64,000 bases of DNA from the NCBI RefSeq assembly GCF_008831285.2, contig NC_045138.2, positions 33,108,001 through 33,172,000 of the forward strand, read 5' to 3'. Positions 13,416-27,800 of this stretch are shown here, one piece after another; the first letter of the stretch is position 1, and every line of letters begins with the position of its first letter. The notes under the pieces are model-generated. The model was not told the origin of the DNA, did not search any database, and worked only from the letters and a program-made list of their open reading frames with translations. A program made the translations under genes and the position numbers. The stretch is from Nymphaea colorata (Eukaryota).

Positions 13416-14986
13416 ATGGGGAGAGCTCCTTGTTGTGAGAAAGAGGGGTTGAAGAGGGGTCCATGGACGCCGGAGGAGGATAAAAAGCTGGTGGATTACA
13501 TTCAGAAGCATGGGAAAGGCAACTGGAGGACACTTCCTAAGAATGCAGGTACTTCCAGGAATTTTCCTTGTTCTTATCATTTTCAGTTGAAGAAAAAGTT
13601 AGGCGCCCCTCTAGATACTTGAAAGCTTAGAGAAGAATGATAACATTGCTATGAGCTAGAAACCCATATTTGTGACTTGCCGGGATATTCATCGGTAAAG
13701 TTATGAATCGGCCGAGGGCTTGATGGCGACCCACTACCTCTTGGGTAGATAGTTGTTTAGCGCAGTGGGGCTAGTGTAGTTACATAACCTTGATTTAATC
13801 CAACAAGTAGACGGAAATGGGTTATGAGTTCCCTCTATCCATGTGAAAGGCAAAAAATGATCGTTTTTGTCGACTAAAAGCAAAAAAAAGGATCCTGAAT
13901 TATTGTTGCATGCGTTGCTGCTGCTGAAAACTGATATGTTACCTGTGAAATATGTTGTATTATGTTCATGGGACGATTAAAAGTTTATGTAATTGTTTTC
14001 TCTAATGATTCAGGTTTATCAAGATGTGGAAAGAGTTGCAGGCTTCGTTGGACTAATTATCTGCGGCCAGACATCAGAAGGGGTCGATTCTCCTTTGAAG
14101 AGGAAGAGACCATCATTCAACTGCACGGCGTTCTGGGAAACAAGTAAGTCTTATATATTGAGACGAAACTAAATTCAAAAGTTCTGTTCGCAGTTCATGT
14201 AAGAAACCAGCTGATCCGTTTCTTCTTTGTTATTGAAGGTGGTCTGCAATTGCTGGATATCTGCCAGGAAGGACGGACAATGAGATCAAGAACTACTGGA
14301 ACACCCACATAAGGAAAAGGTTTCTAAGGATGGGAATCGATCCAGTGACTCACAGTCTTAGGCTTGATCTCTTGGATTTCTCTAGTATAGCTTCCATTAT
14401 CTCATCTTCTCTCAATAATGGCATTGATCCTCTATCCAATCCTGAGATACTCATGCTAGCTAGAAACTTCTTAGCAGCACAGAGGCAGAACATGACTCAC
14501 AGTTACAACAATCAATGTCCCATGCCCCACCAGGCAAACTACTCCTTAGGCCCTCAGATTGAGAACCGATACGATGATTTCAATGCACGAGACACGATCA
14601 TTAATATCCAAAACTCCAACATAGCAGATGCCCAAAATTTGGACCGGACAGAAGCTATACAAGCAGGTGCCTGTCATGAGGTGGTATCAGGTGCTCATAC
14701 TTTTGACATCTCAACAAATCTGCAAGAAGGTTTATCTCCATCCGTTGATCACTGCCTCTTTTATTCTTCAACAGTGCACTCGGACATTGACATTTCCCCT
14801 TCCACTTTGTACTCAACTGATGACCAAAATTGCAACCATTCCGCAACGATCTCTGCGCAGAGTCCCGGATCTTGTGTGCCTTTGAATCCAATGCCAATGG
14901 ATTCAGGAAGTTCTATTGAAGATGAGAGGGAGACCTTCATCAACAACTTGCTGCGTTTTGCAAGTCTTGAACTCCTTGGAATCTGA
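13416..14986 (+). CDS. R2R3-MYB transcription factor, subgroup 11-like (MYB41/MYB74/MYB102 type), 336 aa
   Basis: Exons 13416-13548 (133 nt), 14014-14143 (130 nt) and 14239-14986, the canonical R2R3-MYB exon sizes. Sequence includes [40 protein letters not shown] and [23 protein letters not shown]. The C-terminal [15 protein letters not shown] resembles the subgroup-11 PRLDLLD motif. Confidence 0.95.
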
Positions 14987-16963
14987 TATTATCTGTTTTT
15001 GTTTGTATTCCCTCAACTTTTTTTGATGCCTTTGATCATCTGTACATATAAAAAAACCCGCCGTGTATTATCTATATAAACTGTCACCTTTGGTCTGCTG
15101 TAATTCGCATGGCTATCTTTGCAAACAAAGAACAGTGATCTGTCGGAAAAGGACCAAAGCTTGTGGATTTCCAGAGGTCCTTGTAGACTTGCAGTTATCC
15201 GGAGCATGGAAACTAAAAGCTTGTCGAGTAGTTAATGAGTAACAAAAAAGACCTTGAACACCACCGGCCGGACAACCACTAAAGGCCGAACGAATCGCCG
15301 ATTTCCGACAACCGAAGTCCGCATCTTGACGAGGGGCCGGCCAACAGCCGGACGCAAGTTCATCACGCGTAAAAGTCGGAGACTCCCGAGAAGAGGCGCT
15401 GGCGCTGCCGACTTACATTAGTAGAAGCCACGGACTGATAAGAGACCAACAACGATCTCGTTGCTTCTGCAGGTAGATGCGGAGTTGGGACCACATGCCA
15501 CCTGTCCTGAATCATTATTGGCTCCAAAAGTGCTGGGCCGCTCTCCCAGTTTACACGTCATCGTGGTCCTTACGCTGCTAATAAGTGGTCCCCACACAGA
15601 AAACCTCTCCCTGTTATTTCTGTATTCATCAAAACGCAAATTTTATTTATACAATATCTTCCGCACTGGTCTCTTGGTTCTTTTCACCCGCTCCCCCCAT
15701 TTGGGGATGGTTCCGACCATCATGGACGGACCCGGATCCAACACCTAGATATAAGCATATCCAGCTATTATTTGTATCCAATTCCAAATTAATCAATTAG
15801 AAATCAAAGTTTCAATTGTTCAGAAATTTTCTTATAGATCTGATTATATGCAAAGATTGCCGTCGTTCGGTTTTTGTAATTTAATGTACATCTAATTCTT
15901 CACTCAAATCAAAGAGACGTTAGCCCATCTTTGGGAAAGGAACCAGCGACCTGCTCCTTCCCCTGGGCTCACTGGCTAATCCCATCTTTTTTCTTCTTAC
16001 TTTGTAAGGATGTTCGAATGTGTGAATCTGTACCACTCATCATGAATTCAAGATAAATACACGAGTGCATGTGCCCATGCATGCGCGCACCGATGTGAAC
16101 GTGAAAATGCAGGTGACTTTCATTTTCTTTCTGCATGCTATTTAGAATGATTAACTCGCAAAGCAAGTTTTAACTAGTACACTTTAGCAAGCGCAGGTAA
16201 GCTTATTATTGTGTTTGGCTTGTAGATGGGTTGTCTTCAAGCTCAAACCGAAGTTCATCTATGACTAATATGCTTTGCCCTACCATGAGGTAGATTTTCG
16301 TTTGGCTCATAAGGAGAGGTCAAAATTTTTCACCGTCACAGCTTGAATTTTATTGCATATATCTAAATCTTTTTGCAATTGGAAATAAAGAAATGCAATC
16401 CTAGAGCTTTTTGAGAGCAGTGATAAAATCTTACAGGTCCTTTTGGATCTAGGAGTGAGTTTTGCAGGGAGATGGGTGCACAAATATCAGTTTAAATCCG
16501 AATAATTCCGACTAGCTGTAAAATGATGCATTATGTTTGTATTGTCGTTTGAGTCTCTTTTAAGACCATGTAGTAATGAGGATTACTTCTACTCACCCTC
16601 TTGCTATCTAAATTAAAGTTCACGTTTTTTCAAGAAAATGAAAATTGCCTTCAAAAGCTCGCATTCTTCTCGGCATATGAGCATCTACATTTCCATTGCG
16701 GGTGAAAAGCAGAAGTTTCATTATTCTAAACCGCAATCGTGATTGTATTTTTATTCAACTATTTTTATATTTCAGAACAAACGCTAAAATGTGCAGAAAA
16801 GAATGAAGAATTTGCCTTTAGAACTAAGACGGGGACATTTTTGAATGAGCACGCTTTTCAGTTTTGAGAGACGAGATTCCCGCTTCCAAGGGCTTAAAGA
16901 AGTCCCATCGGAAAGCGGCCTGCGGCAGCCACCAGAAAACGTATGAGTGGCCAAATCGGATGA

Positions 16964-18508
16964 ATGATCAGTACACTCGCCGGAAAATTTCTCCCTCCTG
17001 TCATCCTCCAAAAATGCGCCACTATGAAGCAGCTCAAGCAAATTCACGCCCACTTTATCACTGCCGGCCTCCTCGACAGCAACGTCTTCCTCCTCGGCCG
17101 CCTATTCGCCTTCTGCGCGGACACAGATTCTGGTGATCTGGACTATGCGCACCTTGTGTTCACCCAAATTCGAAGTCCCGATATCTTCTTCGTCAATACC
17201 ATTATCAGGGGATATTCAACCAGTCCCACTCCCACTAAATCCATTCAATTCTACACTCACCTTCTCCGGTCGCGTCAAGCCCCCGATCTCTACACTTTTC
17301 CGTTTGTTCTCAAGGCGTGCACGCAATTGTCGGACGTCTGGCAGGGAGAAACGATTCATGGGCAGGCGATAAAATTTGGATTTAGCTCATATGTGTACGT
17401 GGGGAATGCGTTGATTCATATGTATGGGTTCTGCGGGCACGTCGAAACTGCTCGCCAACTGTTTGATGGAATCTCTGAACGAGATGTTGTGTCCTGGAAC
17501 TCAATGATATCGGTTTATGCTAAGCTGGGCGATGCCCGCGAAGCGCGGTCGCTTTTTGATGCAATGCCGGAGAGGAATGTGATCTCTTGGAGCGCCATGA
17601 TTGCTTGTTATGTGCAGCAGGGATCTTCTAAGGACGCCTTGAATATCTTTTCTCAAATGCAAGCTGATAAGGTTATGCCCCATAAATCCACTTTGGTGAG
17701 TGTGCTCTCGGCTTGTGCCCATCTGGGCGCTCTCGAACAGGGCAAGTGGGTTCATGCTTTTGTTGGATCTAACGGTATGAAACTGAGCGTCGTACTTGGA
17801 ACCGCACTTATAGATATGTATTCCAAGTGTGGCTGCGTAGATCTTGCTTTGAAAATCTTTCATGAGATGCATGAGAAGAACCTGTTGGCATGGACCACTA
17901 TGATCAAAGGGCTAGCAATGCATGGGCGCGGGCATGAAGCGGTCAATTTGTTTACTGATATGTTGGCACTAGGCATTGAACCTGATGATATTGCCTTTAT
18001 TGGAGCGCTCAGCGCCTGCACTCATGCAGGGTTGGTAGCCGAAGGTCGCCAATATTTTGAAATGATGAGTACAGTGTATAATGTTAGCCCCAAAATTGAG
18101 CACTACGGATGCATGGTTGATCTCCTTGCACGAGTTGGGCAGCTTGATGAAGCAAGGGAGATGGTTGAAACGATGCCAATGTGTCCTGATAGTCTTATCT
18201 GGGGTGCTCTGTTGGCTGGTTGTAAATTTCACGGGAATGTGGAGCTCGCAGAGTCTGTAGCCAAGCATTTGATTCAATTGGAGCCTGAGAATTGTGGGGT
18301 TTATGTCTTGCTGGCTAATATATATGCTGCATCTGGTAGGCATGGAGATGCCAGGAAGTTGCGAGAAAAGATGAAAACAAAGAGATTGATGAAGACTCCT
18401 GGGTGTAGTGTCATCGAAATTAATGGTACCATACACCAATTCCTTGTTGGTGATACCTCCCATCCTCAAATAAAGAAGATACAAGCAATGTGGGAAGGGA
18501 TAGGCTAA
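16964..18508 (+). CDS. PLS-class pentatricopeptide repeat protein (RNA-editing factor family); as sequenced ends after E/E+ region (514 aa)
   Basis: Intronless ORF with PLS repeats (DVVSWNSMI, NVISWSAMI, LGTALIDMYSKCG, EHYGCMVDLL), an E domain (IWGALLAGCKFHGN, YVLLANIYA) and a PG box (KTPGCSVIE). Confidence 0.93.
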   Translation: MISTLAGKFLPPVILQKCATMKQLKQIHAHFITAGLLDSNVFLLGRLFAFCADTDSGDLDYAHLVFTQIRSPDIFFVNTIIRGYSTSPTPTKSIQFYTHLLRSRQAPDLYTFPFVLKACTQLSDVWQGETIHGQAIKFGFSSYVYVGNALIHMYGFCGHVETARQLFDGISERDVVSWNSMISVYAKLGDAREARSLFDAMPERNVISWSAMIACYVQQGSSKDALNIFSQMQADKVMPHKSTLVSVLSACAHLGALEQGKWVHAFVGSNGMKLSVVLGTALIDMYSKCGCVDLALKIFHEMHEKNLLAWTTMIKGLAMHGRGHEAVNLFTDMLALGIEPDDIAFIGALSACTHAGLVAEGRQYFEMMSTVYNVSPKIEHYGCMVDLLARVGQLDEAREMVETMPMCPDSLIWGALLAGCKFHGNVELAESVAKHLIQLEPENCGVYVLLANIYAASGRHGDARKLREKMKTKRLMKTPGCSVIEINGTIHQFLVGDTSHPQIKKIQAMWEGIG

Positions 18509-18804
18509 TTAAATTGGAAGGCTACGTACCAGACAGAACTCAAGTGCTGTTTGATATTGATGAGGAGGACAAGGGAGAAGCGCTGTCTCAGCATAGTGAG
18601 AAGCTTGCTATTGCGTTCGGCTTGCTGAACACAAGCTCTGATACTGTCATTCGGGTCGTGAAGAATCTCAGGGTCTGCAAGGATTGTCATGATGTGTCTA
18701 AGTTTATCTCGAAAGTTTATAAACGAGAAAATTGTTGACTCAGAGACACAACACGATTTCACCGGTTCCAAGGGGCCACTTGCTCTTGCAACGATTACTG
18801 GTAG
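18499..18804 (+). pseudogene. Disconnected DYW deaminase domain of the PPR gene (frameshift plus in-frame stop)
   Basis: A different frame reads DRLIKLEGYVPD...HSEKLAIAFGL...VKNLRVCKDCH...[26 protein letters not shown]. Frameshift at ~18497, internal TGA at 18736-18738, terminal DYW-TAG ending 18804. Confidence 0.8.
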
Positions 18805-21800
18805 CGATTTCCTCCAAAATTTTTATGCCTGTAAATTATTATGATCATTTTTTTTTTTGAATTTTTTAATTCCATACACGACCAATTGTTCTATATCATG
18901 CCCCGTTATTTCCACTTCCTTTCTACGCATTATTTGACTTTGATTGAAGAAGTGGCCGTCAACATATTTCAAGCGATCTCACATGTCACTTAACACATGC
19001 AACCCACCTACATGGATCTTCTATCAGTATTTATATATATGTAGCGAAGCTTCGTTAAAGTTGTATTGGGCACATCACTCCGGTTCTTAGTTCAAATTAC
19101 TGAAGGAGAACATACTTAACTATGCTGCTTATGGGTCACGCCTAGTAGCCAAGATTGTGCATCTGGAGCTCAATAGAGATAGCTCTTGGGGATCCAGGAG
19201 ATGTTCAGGCCCAAGGTAATCCAGTTGGTAAGCCAAAAAGTTAATGTTTCTGAATAGCTGTTGCAGATGAAACATGAAGCGTTGGCTTCTCATTTAACCG
19301 TTTTATTTCCCCATAAGGAAGAATGTTCGTCGAGAGGCCTATCCAAATAGCTAATGAAAAGTTTAAAAGCCAGACTAACACGTAAAACGAATACCTTCTC
19401 ATGATGCTATGGCTGATGTGAATTTTCTTGGGCCTTTACTTCAAAATTTCTAAGAATGACACACTTTAAGAAAGACGCCATGTTCAAACAAGGGCCTCTT
19501 TATGGCTGATGTGAATTTTCTTTATTGCAACTCGCTTAGAACAAAAAGGAAAAAATTATGAGGCTTCTATTTACTTGGATCTATTGACAGATATAGCATC
19601 ACGAAGAGCAAAACGGAAAGGAGAGGTTCATTTACCTAGCGGTCAAAATTAAAGAAAATTCTGTGATGTTCAATATGAATAAAGTTCCAAGGAAAATTTC
19701 CTAAATCCTAATAAATTCACCCCTTATGGTCCAATTTCCTGAAAACAATGTACGATATTTATCAAACCGATTGCCTATGCTGATATTGACAACGTATGAA
19801 ACCATAAGAGTTGAATTCTGGGTTTAATGGTTGAGGTTCTGACCCCATCTTCTGGCGCTAGATCGACCGACTAAAATTATGCAAGCAAAGCTTATAGATC
19901 TCCTTGCCAAAGTAACAAAGCAAAGGCTAGGATTACGCTTTATATCTGATCGAGTAGATCGATATAAAATTGGCTCATTTGTATCATCCGGTGATTCAAG
20001 AGAGAAGTATTCAGAGATATCTCTCCTGTTTTTCAACATTCATGAATTACTGAATTGTACATACACGAATTACTGAGACACTCATGAAAACCAGGAAGTC
20101 GATCAATGCAAGGAAGTGTATCATGACTTGAGGCTAACGAGAACTAGCATATATGCCCAAGTTTTTTTATCATTATGAAATACTCGCATGTAAATAACGA
20201 GAGGCCCAGGGCACTCGATGCCTCTGATACTTCAATTTACCCCAAGTTCCTTTAGATAAATCCAATTTATTTACTTTAGTTGAGTTTTCTTAGTAATTTA
20301 ATGCCGGTATTGGATGTTATTTGAGACTGTATTACTGAGCCTTTTGGAAGACAACACTCTCAGAAATCTCCCTAATTTTCAACGTCCAGTTATTATTGGA
20401 AAAGACTTCAATTGATTTGCCAAAAAGAAGAAAGATGCAACCACGTTACCTTATTGGGAGACCTTGTTCAACTTTGGTATCAAAAATTTTATTTTCTTCG
20501 ACCTTTGCGTTTTAAAAGGCCATTTAATTTTTGTTTTTAGAACACCAAAAACAAGACGTCCTGTTGCAAGCATCTTAAGAACAGGATGAACAAAGACGTC
20601 TCAACAGCAGCTGCATTTTCTGTCTTGGTTCTGACTTGCTTTAGAGTTTAGGTAGATTCACAGTATATTTTTTTAACTTGAGTGTCATGCTTGATATTAT
20701 TTGCAGCAAAAAAAAAGAAAAAAAAGGTAACACCAGATCCGAACAGTGACCATGAGATTCAGACTCCCGATTTGTAAAATATATATTGGCGCTTACATTG
20801 TTCTTGTGGTTCTATCGTCTTCATCCTCATAATTGACGGAGACACATGTGGCCTTTTGTGGGCAATTTCCCACATATCGCTCACTTGCTTATTCATGCCG
20901 CATAGTCATATATATTACTATACCTCAGCCATTGATGTCTGATTTTCAGTCAAAAAAGTTCTAGCTCCGTCACTAAAAGCGCAAAATAGTGTCATGTGGA
21001 TGTCGAAATGCGGACAGGCAAACTCCATGCGTCTCGCATTTGTGTCGGTGGTTGATCTGCTCTACGCGCAAGTGTCCTCTAAAGTGGACAGGGACAATGA
21101 GATCGGGCTTTTAACAAGAAAATTCCTCAAAATTCAAGTAGTTTTTTTAGTTTAAGAAAAAGAACTTTTCATCAGAACAAGCCTCAGGAAACCCAGTCTT
21201 TATGTGCTTTTAGTTTTCTTGGAATCCCATCTAAAATTATTTATTATAATGGACACAGTGCTTGGGAACACAAGGCTACAAAGAGAGACAGACAAAAGAA
21301 GAAAGAAACAAAAACAAAAAGGGAGGAACAGAAGTACTGGAATTAGGGGCAAAGCAGGCGTTTGTATGTGCTGAAAGCCAAACAATTGGGTTCATCTTCC
21401 TTGCAGAATCCATGGTAAAGAAAGAAGAAGAGTCCAAACTCAAGGACTAGTGGGCACTTGGTTTTGTGTCTAAACCGACCACGGAAGGGAGACCCACACG
21501 TTTGCTCTTGGACAAAAAGGGCAACTGTGCTCGGGGTCACCTCACACATTTCCAACATTCAAAACAAAATTTTTTTAGTAACCCTAAGCTCTTTCCACAT
21601 TTGTCTATATATATGTATATATATATGCATATTCTCAAAATATGCAGCCCTCAAGGGTACAAGTTCAAAAAATGATACAATTTTGATGTAAAAATCAGGA
21701 AAACGTGATATTGCATGTTTGATTTTTAGGTCTTACAACATAGAGTTTGGGACGATATAGAAGGCAACTGGTGGTGTGTTACGACATTACACTCGTGACT

Positions 21801-24800
21801 CGTGACGGTAGAATCCTCAATAATTTATATAAAATGAAAAACTGCTTTAAAAGGAGGACAAAGAAGTCGAAAGAAGAGACCAAACTGACTTACGCTTATA
21901 TATATTGGTTTTACTTTTTACGAACTTGCTAGTAAATGAGTGAGGTGGGGAACGTTTGGACGTCCCTTTGTCCTTTTTGACGTTGAAGGGTTTGGATTTT
22001 CAGGCGTTGCTGATAAGCTCAGGGTTTGTTTGCATTCGAAGCTTTCATTTTCTCTGGGCCGCAGTTGTCTTGGACATGTCCAGTCCATAGTCCATATCAT
22101 GTTCTCAATAGCAAAAGCTATTGTAGGTTATGATCATTCACATAGGGACAGCTGACGGTGGCTAGTTACCACTTTTTTTTAACTGTTGATCTTTTTATTT
22201 AGCCTTCCAAAGGCCATCTTGTCAGCCATGGCTGCTTAATCTTTTTTTTTTTGTTCGTTTGTCACATCTTATTGCATTTACAGACATGAGAACGGCTAGG
22301 GAAACACCACCAAAAATAATTTACAAATGAGCGTGTCGATGAATTGATAATTATACATAACTACAAAAAATGTGGTCCTAGCGGTGTTGCACATTCTGGC
22401 TTTGTTTGATCCATTAGATTGTGTTGTTCAAACGAGAAGGCCCAGATGCATACCAATTGGTTCAGGTTTCACGTGCTTGGTCTGAATTTTTAATGGCATT
22501 TTATGAACTCGCATCTTAGTTATGAAGGTCCGTACTAAAACGGGGTCTCCGGCAGATTTCCGAACCGGAGATTAAGATGCTTATTGTTCTTGAAATTCAT
22601 GAGTCTCTAGTTAGACGATGAGTCTGACATGAAATCCGAACTTCTCAAGATTTCACATCATCTTGGACCTCAAATGAAATGTCTCCAGGCTGGAGCCCTT
22701 TGATAATAGGAACAATATGTAATTGTTCCATGAACATGTTATAGAAAAACTGGGATGGATTCATAGAATCTGTTCTAACTCATGCAACAGTTACACGGAA
22801 TCTGTTCTAATCCGCCCGCGTGGCTCCGCCATTAGGGCTTCATTGGACAGCAATTGGAATGTGATGGGCTGAAGTTCCATACAAACCTGTAACAGAGTAG
22901 AAATTAAGCTAAAGGTAAAAGCTTTAACATGGGTTTTCCAAATTAATAGAATCACTAATCTATTTGGTTTCAATCGCTTACAACTTCAAATCCTTTCTAA
23001 AGCTATTTGGCATCGCAGAGATTCCAAAAGAAGAGCATAGTGTCTTTAGGAGGCGATATTTCCAGAGTATCATCAGGTTACCCGACCTCAAAAGTTTGAA
23101 TGGAGAAAGGGAAGGCAACTGATGCCCTAAGCGGACCAACAAGAGGACATAGCATCGCAGGATATGTCAAAGGGCAGCCATTCCAAGCAAGGGAACCTGT
23201 CCTGTGCCATCCACGTGAAAAAGAAGAGGGCAAGCAGACAAACTTTCTTCGTTCACAAATCACAGGTACTCCCTCTTTCGCATCGTCCTTTCAATGGGGA
23301 TCCTCCTAATTCATCATTACGCTTTTCTATGCACCTTTTTCTCTGCTGCCATTTACCATAACCGCTCTCAACAAGACAGATTGACGACATTTTCACGTAA
23401 AGGAAAAGGGAGAAAGAAAGAGCACCGGCAGGGTGAAGAAGACGAGAACTGGCGAAGGTTAAAAGGGAAGCCTCGGAAAGAGGCCCATGCTCACTAGCAG
23501 TTGAGGCTTTCCGCTTCAATCCTTGTGCATGATTGTGATCTCCCCTTCCTTTTTCCCCTTTTTGGTTTTTCAACTCGCAACTTTTCTTTCATGATGAGAT
23601 GAAAAGGAGCAACCCTAGTCGGAAATACCGCTGCTTTTCACTTGCATACCCGTAAAGCTCCCCTCGATTTCTCGTGGGTGCCAACTTTCTCGATCCCTCC
23701 GACTCTTAAAGGTCCTCACTCAAACACGATCCCGATTGCAGAAAATGGAACCTCAAAATGGTGGCTTAGTCACAAAAGGTGCCATCTTTATAGAACAGAA
23801 TGGTGTATTTTATTTAGCATAACTGCAAATCTGCTAGGTAAGCACCATGTTTTCATATTAAAGAATGTTTCTGAATCCTTTTCTCTCACTAGAAAAAGCA
23901 CCAGATATGCGGGGTGGCCCTATTTTCTCATCTGAATCCTAAAAAACTCCACTAGCGAGTTCTGTTTAAGAATTTGTTTCCCACCAAAGCTAGAAGTAGG
24001 TAATTAATCTACATGTAGATCTTTTTAGAAAAGGACTTTTGTTAAGTGGTTCAGTTCATGCTTAGTAGCCGAGAAATCACTAAAGCATTCTGCCATCTAG
24101 GGGAAAATAAACCGTATCCAAAAGAAGTTACGAAATACCGCAAGATTCAAGAATAATGAATTTTCTGGGCCTTTGTCTTAAACATTTGAACCTAAAAAGA
24201 ATACCCAGATGCAAAAAAATGTGGGTAAACGAGTGGCGTATCTGCAAAATAAAACTTTCAATTTGGATTGCATGGCCAACAAAAATGAGCCATTGGGAAG
24301 CTCACTGAGCTCCTGGTTTATCTCAGATGAGCCACGATGTTTTCCGGCGATCTTTTCACACCAAACAGGCGGAGCGCCATGCTGACGTCTCCTTGTGCTC
24401 CCTTGTCTTTATTGGAATGGAATAATGGGATAATGCGAAAACTTTTACAATTCCAGATAATTATTGGGGGCGTATCGAGGATTTTCCCCTTTCTTTAATC
24501 CGATTATTATATTTGGCATTGAAAGAGATATTAAAAAGAAAGGAAAAGGGGAGACATGGACAATCAAATCTGCACCTGCCCCTCCTTTTCTTTCCTTTAA
24601 TTTCTTTTTACTGCAATTTTTCACCCTTTTCAGCGTTTTTTTTTTTTTTTTTTAATTGTTGTGAATCTTAGCTTTTGTCCTCTTGGGATAGATACCTAAC
24701 TCGAATGGCTTTTGGCCGTCCACTGACGACCTTATCAATATTGCATATTCTAGAATCACGGACGCTCATTCTGACCCCCTTTCCTCTCGAAGGTTGAAGG

Positions 24801-27800
24801 AAGAAGGAAGAGAACTCCAACTATTGATGAAGAAAACACTTTCGTGGGGAAGCCACTATTTCATACTTATTATCCCTTTGATAATTTGGAAAGTTGATGC
24901 TCATGAGATTCGAACCAAAGATCGACTGACTGGTTACTGGCCTCTAACTCTAACTCAAGGACAAGTATCATGGAATTTAAAGAGGTAATTTTTTTGCTGC
25001 ATAAAAAGTTAAACCAGCGCTGAAAGCGATTGTTTTCTTCTGTTCCCCAAAACAAAAAATAAAAAAGGGTCACAGAGGGGACAGCTATTTTCATATGAAA
25101 ATGCCATGTTTTCTCTGCCACAAAGGAAAAAAAAAAAAGAAAAAGAAAGAAAATGCGGGGCCATCTCTTTTCTCTGGCAGAAGAACCATTCCATATGATA
25201 AGAAAAGGTTTCGCTATTGGGACAGCCGGGAAAAACTGTTCCTCGGCTCTCAAGAGAAAGAGAATTGCAGGTTTTGGTGTTTGCTTCCCATGAAATTAAG
25301 GGAGATTCGGCCTCCTGGCCTGGAACAAGTTGGTCCCATGTCTGGTCCTCCGTACATGACTCTGCAGGAGGATGGGCGAAGAAAATGGTTTGAACCAAAT
25401 CCATTTCCAACCCTTCGCATCAATCAATAAAGAATGCTCCAAACAGAACTACTGTACCAACATTGGAAACCCGATTTCCTCAACTCCTTTCACATGTTCC
25501 TCCAATTATCAATACGGGAAGCACGGCGGCCCATGATCCACTTTTTTGTTATCAGATCCACTTTAAACAGGTCTGGATTCGGGTCGGTAATGGGACATCC
25601 CTACTGAAATATCTTAAATAAAGTGTTAATGGTCGGATATAACACCTCATTTTATCTATATATATATATATATATATATAAAATAGCCATGTAATAAGAA
25701 GCCATGTCTCAGTTGGAGGTTTGACCAAAACCAAAACTGATGGATTTAAAGGCCTGATAAAATGCACTACGGACTGGGCTGCAGAGACTGGTGGCAGTCT
25801 GGTCATCAGACGCTCAGGTTGATCCCTGAAACAAAGGCAAGAAAATTTACGTCTAGAGGGCCACCATTTAACCAATATTCCCCAAGAGAGACCGACATTT
25901 TAACAGTAGACTTGAAATTCATTTCCGCGATCCAAATCCAAGTCTGGATCCAACTTCCATAAAAAAGTGGACCCAAACCAAATGTGAAAGGTTTACATCC
26001 CTAATATTCTCTCGGCCATGGTTTCTAATGTTACATAACGGAATAATAGTGGTGGTGATTGCGAGAGAAGGGGTTAATTCAGACCAAGGTTTAAATAATA
26101 ATGCCGACTGCCTTTTACGTGATTTGAATGGGTCCCAGTGGTATATCCAATTCAAATACTGTCAGTTCAGGCTGGGATCGGACCCACTTTACAACTCCAA
26201 TAACTCAAAAGCAGCGAGGCTTGCTTCAATACTTCAACATCCAAACAGGATCTACAAAAGCGGATTTTCACATGGTGGACCCGGCCCCGGCAGCAACTGC
26301 AACTGCAGCCCAAAGAAAACTAATACTTTTGGATCTACTGATACTTTTCGATCCAAACAATCTCAAGACGATACAATAAACATGGCAATAACCAATCCGT
26401 GATTTTTCGAAATGCGGTTATATTGTTACCGCAGTTGCAGGATTTTTTGAAAACCTAAACTAAATTTACAATAAAAAAAATGCACTGTTATATTATCCTG
26501 AATATCGATGTGACAAGGCATGTTTGATTTCTTTAAACGTGCACACTTTGTTATATAAGCAAAAAAATTTCAGAGGAAAGCGAAAATTCTCAGAGCTTAC
26601 AAAATCTTCTCCGATTCTCGCAGATGCAGGAACCGTGAATCGTCCAAGACGATGGGGCGAGATAAGCATCTTGCCGGCTGCTGGGTGCTGCTGCACTAGT
26701 GCAGCCCCATTCATGGCGCCGAGCGTCCGGCAGAGAAAGGAATCGCCGCTTTCGGCCTTGCAGTTTTGCATCGAGCTCGTGACAAATTGATTCGATTCAT
26801 GGGCTCTATGCATAAATCTGTGTTTAATTTGTTTTCTATATATTTTAATTATTTTTGCTACCTGCAATAGTGTTTTTGCTGATTTATAGTGGACTGAACT
26901 GAACATTCCAATTGCAGATTAAATATTATGTAAAAGAATGGCAGAATGTTTTATAGCTTCTGACACGAGAATTTCAGTTCACACTGATATTTCCGAATAG
27001 CCTTTTTTGTCACCGCTTAGTAATAAAAGAGAACAGGAAAAACGATGAATTTTTGGGCGTAGCACAGTAGAGTTCAAGTTGAATTCGTTGGTAATTGTTT
27101 GGTGGGCTTTTGCGCAGTACGTACGTAGTCCATGGCCAATTTGAAAGGCCAAGCACGAGGGCTTCGTCTCCACCACGCTCTCTGGACAATGTCGTCGTCT
27201 TCCTCTGGGATTTTGGTTTTTTATCCTCTTCTGTTCTCACTGGCATTGATTTTGAAACTGTGGATTCTGGAATTCTTTATTCGTCCTCAACCAAGACAGC
27301 CATTGTTTTTTCTTCTAAAAGATGGGTCCATGACCATCTAGACTTTGCTATAACAGTTCGTTGAAAAACGAGCATATAGGATTTCACACAAGAACAGTGA
27401 TTTTTTTCACAGCTTACGTGAAATGCAGAAGAATTTTGGACACGGCAAGTTCCTGTTCCGTTTTAGACTTATATGACGTGAAATCATGTGCCCCACCCCC
27501 ACCTTCTACAGTCCATATCACCCGTGAATTTTACGTTATTTTCAGTCTGTACTGCTATGATGATTATGATAAACAACGAAAAAGCTAGTCAGCATCTGTT
27601 GCAGTATGTTACGAACTGCAGCTTGAAATTTCCAAAAGTTGACGGAAATCGAAATGTTTAAACTGGAGAATTTCATCACCTAAAATCTCGCGATGTTTTG
27701 GACTGTCGATCGAGTTCTCACTCCTTATTAAGTCTTATCGATCCAAAGTAACCATTCAAATAGCAAATTCGTAACATACTGCAATATTGTTCAGATGCTG

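Noticed and set aside
17501..18771. Antisense ORFs of 88-171 aa
   Set aside because: Reverse-strand shadows of the PPR gene with no motifs of their own.
22928..23123. Open stretch containing RRRYFQSIIRLPDLKSLNGE, faintly like an LRR cap
   Set aside because: No ATG, no LRRs and no convincing splice context; likely chance without a BLASTX hit.
24890..24960. GTTCGAATCTCATG box-B-like motif (also near 60102) suggesting tRNA or SINE
   Set aside because: No cloverleaf, clear box A, tail or TSD could be identified.
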